DNA of 15,969 nucleotides, taken from IMG/VR virus record IMGVR_UViG_3300020217_000047, positions 1 through 15,969 of that record, one strand, 5' to 3'. The stretch is from a virus. This document shows, in pieces, positions 13,020 to 15,969 of this stretch; within the stretch, counting starts at the first letter, position 1, and every line of letters begins with the position of its first letter. The translations under genes and the position numbers were made by a program. The notes beneath the pieces are model-generated. The model was not told where the DNA came from. It saw only the letters and a program-made list of their open reading frames with translations, and ran no database searches.

Positions 13020-14248
13020 AGTCCAAACTTCTTCAATAAGCCTTTTTTCGTTTGATCTATATAATTATCTTTATACTGTTTTTCTTTCTTATCAAAGTTC
13101 GATTCGTTTTGATTCATTGACATATATTTTGAAATGATTTTTGTTATCTTTAATTCGTTTAAAGCGTGAAAGCTATTTGTTACTAAATCTTTTGTAAAAT
13201 TGTTGTCGAATAAATAAAATTCTTTGCTATAGCGTTTCTTGTGTTTAAAATCGAAAAATGTTTCATCCAAATAAATGCTTTCATCTGTATTGTCTTTTAA
13301 CATTAAATTGAAGTCATAATGTTCACTAAAATAGATAACAGATAAAAGGATCAGGTTATTTTCTTCATTAAAAGTTATTTTCAAATAGTTGTCCTGTAGC
13401 TTTACAACTATAAAACGTGCGTTTTTCTTTAAAGCATTACGTTGTTTTTCTGTAATCAGGTTAAAAGAATTCGTTTTAAATTCCCCATGGGTCATACTGT
13501 CGTTTTCTTCATTAAAAGCTCTTAAATTACGTTGTTCATTTGCGGTTTCATTTTTATGCATTTCTAAGACAATATTATCATGTTTCCGTATGGTATTAAT
13601 AGGGTGTTTTTCAAGGATATTAAATAAGTCCAAATTAGATAAAACAGGAGATGAAAAGTTGACCGCATTTCCTAAATAAATTATTTTCGGGAATTTAATC
13701 AAAGGACGGTCCTCTTCACTTTTTCGGTCAATACTTCCATATATTGTTTTTAACCGTTCCCATTCATCAGGTAAATAATCACCTTCTAATGCTAAAAATT
13801 CATCATATACGATAACAGGAAAGTCCTCTAAATAGTTAGAATGATATTTTAAATCGGTTGCTTGATTTAAGTCTGTAATAATTCCTACCTCTTTATCTTT
13901 ATAAAGAATCGTAATATAGAAGTCAGTACGTAAAAACATAAAGTCCTTTAAATTGTATATTTTTGACTTGTCAAGTATTTTAATTAAAAACTTCTGATAG
14001 GCAAATCTCACCGTATACCTTCTCGCTAAAAGAGTAAACCGTATACCAAAATCAATAGATAGTTTTATAAGAGCATGAATATAGTTAAATGATTTTCCGT
14101 CACTTCGATTTGAAATACTTATATAATGGTCTACATCTTCATCTAATAAGTAATCTAGTAATTCAATTTGATTGTAACGTTCGGGTACGTTTTTCTTTCT
14201 GAAATTTTCTATGAATTTATAATACTTTTGTTCTTCTTTATTGTTCAT
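13016..14248 (-). CDS. DNA encapsidation (packaging) ATPase, phi29 gp16-type (410 aa)
   Basis: It has a Walker A-like NRSDGKS and a Walker B VIVYDEF. SD TAGGAGGT lies upstream. Size and motif pattern fit the encapsidation proteins of small protein-primed podoviruses. Confidence 0.75.
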   Translation of the reverse strand: MNNKEEQKYYKFIENFRKKNVPERYNQIELLDYLLDEDVDHYISISNRSDGKSFNYIHALIKLSIDFGIRFTLLARRYTVRFAYQKFLIKILDKSKIYNLKDFMFLRTDFYITILYKDKEVGIITDLNQATDLKYHSNYLEDFPVIVYDEFLALEGDYLPDEWERLKTIYGSIDRKSEEDRPLIKFPKIIYLGNAVNFSSPVLSNLDLFNILEKHPINTIRKHDNIVLEMHKNETANEQRNLRAFNEENDSMTHGEFKTNSFNLITEKQRNALKKNARFIVVKLQDNYLKITFNEENNLILLSVIYFSEHYDFNLMLKDNTDESIYLDETFFDFKHKKRYSKEFYLFDNNFTKDLVTNSFHALNELKITKIISKYMSMNQNESNFDKKEKQYKDNYIDQTKKGLLKKFGL

Positions 14249-14259
14249 CTTGTAACCTC

Positions 14260-14676
14260 CTATAAGTCAAAAGATGATGCTGTTGGTAGATATTCAGCAT
14301 ACCACACAACATTATATCTGTAATCTTCTGCCGGTAATTGTCGTAAAAAGTCACGAATGAGATTAATTAGTTTTTGAAAATTCCCATTCGCTTCAAGATG
14401 CATGGTAAGAAAAATATTTGCTATATGCATATTTTTGTAGCTTGAATTGTTAGAGGATGGGGTTTGTATCATGTTTGCTAATTGGGTTAATGTATCTCTT
14501 ATTTTTCCACCATGATTAATGATAGATCGTGCCTGTACCCATGATATAGTATACCTTGTATTTACTTGTCCAAAATAAGAAAATAATTCGGGGATATTGT
14601 TATCTATAAAACGTTCAAATTGTGTTTGTAGTTCGGTATCGGCAAAGCGATAATTGAAAAAGTTAGAAGCTGTCAT
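14260..14676 (-). CDS. Hypothetical protein (138 aa), first gene of the replication/packaging cluster
   Basis: The ORF has an ATG start and a weak SD (AAAGGAAA). I recognise no motif. Confidence 0.6.
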   Translation of the reverse strand: MTASNFFNYRFADTELQTQFERFIDNNIPELFSYFGQVNTRYTISWVQARSIINHGGKIRDTLTQLANMIQTPSSNNSSYKNMHIANIFLTMHLEANGNFQKLINLIRDFLRQLPAEDYRYNVVWYAEYLPTASSFDL

Positions 14677-14692
14677 ATTTATTTTCCTTTCT

Positions 14693-14729
14693 AAAAATAA
14701 AAAGCCTGTTAGTCATTAACAGGCTTTTT
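14693..14729 (-). terminator. Strong hairpin terminator between the right early genes and the replication cluster; structurally bidirectional
   Basis: GCCTGTTA (14704-14711) pairs with TAACAGGC (14717-14724) around a 5-nt loop, extendable through flanking A/T runs. On the - strand the hairpin is followed by TTTTTATTTTT, and on the + strand by TTTTT. Confidence 0.75.
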
Positions 14730-14735
14730 ATAGGG

Positions 14736-15260
14736 TTATTTTTGTTCCAAGTGGGATAAAGCTAGATCAATTTGCACACCGTTTTGTCGTTTCGTTCCTG
14801 TTACTTTGACATAAATCTTTTTGTAATTTTCGTCATTCGGATAACCAAACGTTTGAAAAAGGTTTTTAATTGTATGATAAACAGATTTTGAAGAAGTGGC
14901 ATAGTAACTACCATTATCTTTTATAGTTGTTGTTACCCCATTTGTAGTTACCCCTGTCTTTTCGTCAAAACTCTGGTATGGATTCATGTAAACTTCATCT
15001 ATTCCAATTGTTTCATTAATCATTCGACCAAGTGGCTTTACAAGATCATTATCTTGTGAATTAAAGACTTTGTATAATTCAATTTGTTTTTCTTGTGTTT
15101 CAGGAATATGGGAATGAAATTTATGATACTTCATTTCTCTTCTAAACGTTCCATCTTGTAATTGCTTTACTACATAATTTTCTGTTTCCTCAACTACTCT
15201 TTCCTTTACAATCATTTCACCAGTTTCTGTGTTTACCATCATTTCATTTTTTTCAGTCAT
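14736..15260 (-). CDS. Early protein (174 aa), possibly a phage-type ssDNA-binding protein; function uncertain
   Basis: SD AGGAGGAA lies upstream. The overall pattern (acidic N-terminus, then ...IGIDEVY...DEKTGVTTNGVTTTIKDNGSYYATSSKSVYHTIKNLFQTFG...) resembles, from memory, the lactococcal/staphylococcal phage SSB family. It occupies an early position next to the replication genes. Confidence 0.45.
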   Translation of the reverse strand: MTEKNEMMVNTETGEMIVKERVVEETENYVVKQLQDGTFRREMKYHKFHSHIPETQEKQIELYKVFNSQDNDLVKPLGRMINETIGIDEVYMNPYQSFDEKTGVTTNGVTTTIKDNGSYYATSSKSVYHTIKNLFQTFGYPNDENYKKIYVKVTGTKRQNGVQIDLALSHLEQK

Positions 15261-15293
15261 TTCATTTCCTCCTGTTTAAAGTCTAGTAGACTA

Positions 15294-15521
15294 TTATTTT
15301 TTAAGTTCTTCTAATTGTTCAATAGATAATTGGATTATTACATCTTCTTTTCTTACTTGAAAAATAGATTCAAATTCGATACCGTTTTTTTCTAAAATTT
15401 CACTAGCTTGATATTTTGAAATTCTATCTTTTTCATTGGTATGAAATACACCTAGTTCATTATCTACTGTTTCAAAGTAAATATTTTGTAGTTTAATAGG
15501 AACTTCCATTAATTCTGACAA
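15294..15521 (-). CDS. Hypothetical early protein (75 aa), TTG start
   Basis: SD GAAAGGTGGTG lies about 9 nt upstream of TTG at 15521. An in-frame ATG at 15509 is too far from the SD. Confidence 0.6.
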   Translation of the reverse strand: MSELMEVPIKLQNIYFETVDNELGVFHTNEKDRISKYQASEILEKNGIEFESIFQVRKEDVIIQLSIEQLEELKK

Positions 15522-15552
15522 AATTTTTCACCACCTTTCATGTGATAGATTT

Positions 15553-15582
15553 AATATATCATTTATTGACAATATTTGTCAA
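15553..15582 (-). promoter_or_regulatory. Second right-end promoter: TTGACA, 18-nt spacer, TGaTATATT (extended -10), with a 17-bp palindromic operator over the -35
   Basis: On the - strand the consensus -35 TTGACA is at 15582-15577, TG at 15561-15560 and TATATT at 15558-15553. The palindrome TTGACAA-TAT-TTGTCAA spans 15566-15582. Confidence 0.55.
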
Positions 15583-15618
15583 ATAGTAATTTGTTATTTA
15601 TTAAAAAATTTTATTCCA

Positions 15619-15765
15619 TTATTTTTTTAAGTATGAAATTCTATTATTTCTTAAAATATATAGATTTGATATTTTTATAATACCTGTTTCTTTTGAATCA
15701 AAGTTACAAAAGTAAATTACTGATCTTTCATTTCCTTCTTGTTCGACAATTCCTATTGGTTTCAT
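15619..15765 (-). CDS. Hypothetical early protein (48 aa: MKPIGIVEQEGNERSVIYFCNFDSKETGIIKISNLYILRNNRISYLKK)
   Basis: Translated by hand; not in the ORF track. SD AAAGGAGGG (15777-15785) lies 11 nt upstream of ATG at 15765. Stop is TAA at 15619-15621. It is the first gene downstream of the right ITR promoter. Confidence 0.6.
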   Translation of the reverse strand: MKPIGIVEQEGNERSVIYFCNFDSKETGIIKISNLYILRNNRISYLKK

Positions 15766-15792
15766 ATTTGTCTTTCCCTCCTTTCACTATCT

Positions 15793-15820
15793 ATTATACT
15801 ATTTTTCACAAATATTGCAA
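15793..15820 (-). promoter_or_regulatory. Right-end early promoter: TTGCAA, 16-nt spacer, TATAAT
   Basis: The -35 TTGCAA (15815-15820, itself palindromic) lies inside the ITR and is the mirror of 150-155. The consensus -10 TATAAT (- strand, 15798-15793) is in unique DNA. The SD of the 48-aa ORF follows within about 10 nt. Confidence 0.65.
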
Positions 15821-15969
15821 GGGTAAATTTGTTTTATTTTTAAATTTGTCTTAGACAAAAATTGATGAAAATAAAATTTTATTTTGTCGAAAATTTGTTG
15901 TACTTTTTTGTTGCATTTTTGTTCGATATATGTTAACAGGGGTGGGACAGGTCTACAATTTTTTTCTCG
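15810..15969. repeat. Right inverted terminal repeat (160 bp)
   Basis: Exact reverse complement of 1..160, checked base by base. Confidence 0.97.

Noticed and set aside
1841-13679. All + strand ORFs in the supplied track: 1841-2032, 2145-2363, 2858-3283, 2883-3134, 3445-3651, 5085-5267, 5370-5591, 5826-6062, 10111-10308, 10350-10712 and 13389-13679.
   Set aside because: Each lies fully antisense inside a well-supported - strand gene. None has a Shine-Dalgarno sequence, and all encode low-complexity Leu/Ser/Ile/Phe-rich strings typical of antisense frames in AT-rich DNA.
13963-13974. The inverted repeat TTGAC-TT-GTCAA, which also gives TTGACA on the - strand, considered as an internal promoter or operator in the ATPase gene.
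   Set aside because: There is no acceptable -10 element at 16-18 nt on either strand, the arms are short (5 bp), and such a match is expected by chance in AT-rich DNA.
15271-15293. The small inverted repeat AGTCTA-G-TAGACT between the 75-aa and 174-aa genes, considered as a terminator or operator.
   Set aside because: The stem is only 6 bp with a 1-nt loop, which is sterically poor as an RNA hairpin. It has no T-run and sits within the SD spacer region, so it is probably fortuitous.
1-15969. A search for tRNA or rRNA genes, CRISPR arrays, integrase, recombinase, repressor or transposase genes, and toxin-antitoxin or defence cassettes.
   Set aside because: There is no cloverleaf-like GC-rich segment and no regularly spaced direct repeats. 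No ORF carries recombinase or HTH-repressor hallmarks. Coding density leaves no room beyond the regions already discussed, and the content is consistent with a strictly lytic phage.

Overview
The window appears to be a complete, compact, very AT-rich linear genome (15,969 bp) of a phi29-like, protein-primed podovirus infecting a low-GC Gram-positive host. It is bounded by perfect 160-bp inverted terminal repeats (ITRs) that run to the first and last base. I count 19 tightly packed genes. Two tiny orphan genes read inward from the left end on the + strand. The other 17 are on the - strand, read from the right end in this order: three small or early proteins (48, 75 and 174 aa), a strong hairpin terminator, a 138-aa orphan, the DNA-encapsidation ATPase, a protein-primed family-B DNA polymerase, an acidic scaffold-like protein, a 51-aa microgene, the major capsid protein, the portal/connector, the lower collar, a 132-aa structural protein, the tail fibre, the tail knob, an M23 tail lysin, a holin and an amidase endolysin. 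Six of these small ORFs or corrected starts are not in the supplied ORF track and were read by hand. I saw no tRNA, rRNA, CRISPR array, integrase or transposase. The most interesting observations are listed here. (1) The tail-fibre gene carries a D-Ala-D-Ala peptidase (S11/PBP5-type) domain that is circularly permuted, with a jelly-roll carbohydrate-binding-like domain bridging the native termini and all three catalytic motifs intact. (2) No recognisable terminal-protein gene is present although the polymerase is clearly protein-primed, and the packaging ATPase sits in the slot phi29 uses for the terminal protein. (3) Mirror-image early promoters have their -35 boxes and upstream DNA inside the ITRs and their -10 boxes outside, next to phased ACAAA boxes and palindromes. 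(4) A 17-bp palindromic operator overlaps a second right-end promoter. (5) A structured 160-nt convergent non-coding zone holds two paralogous hairpins, in a phage group where a packaging RNA would be expected but none is evident.
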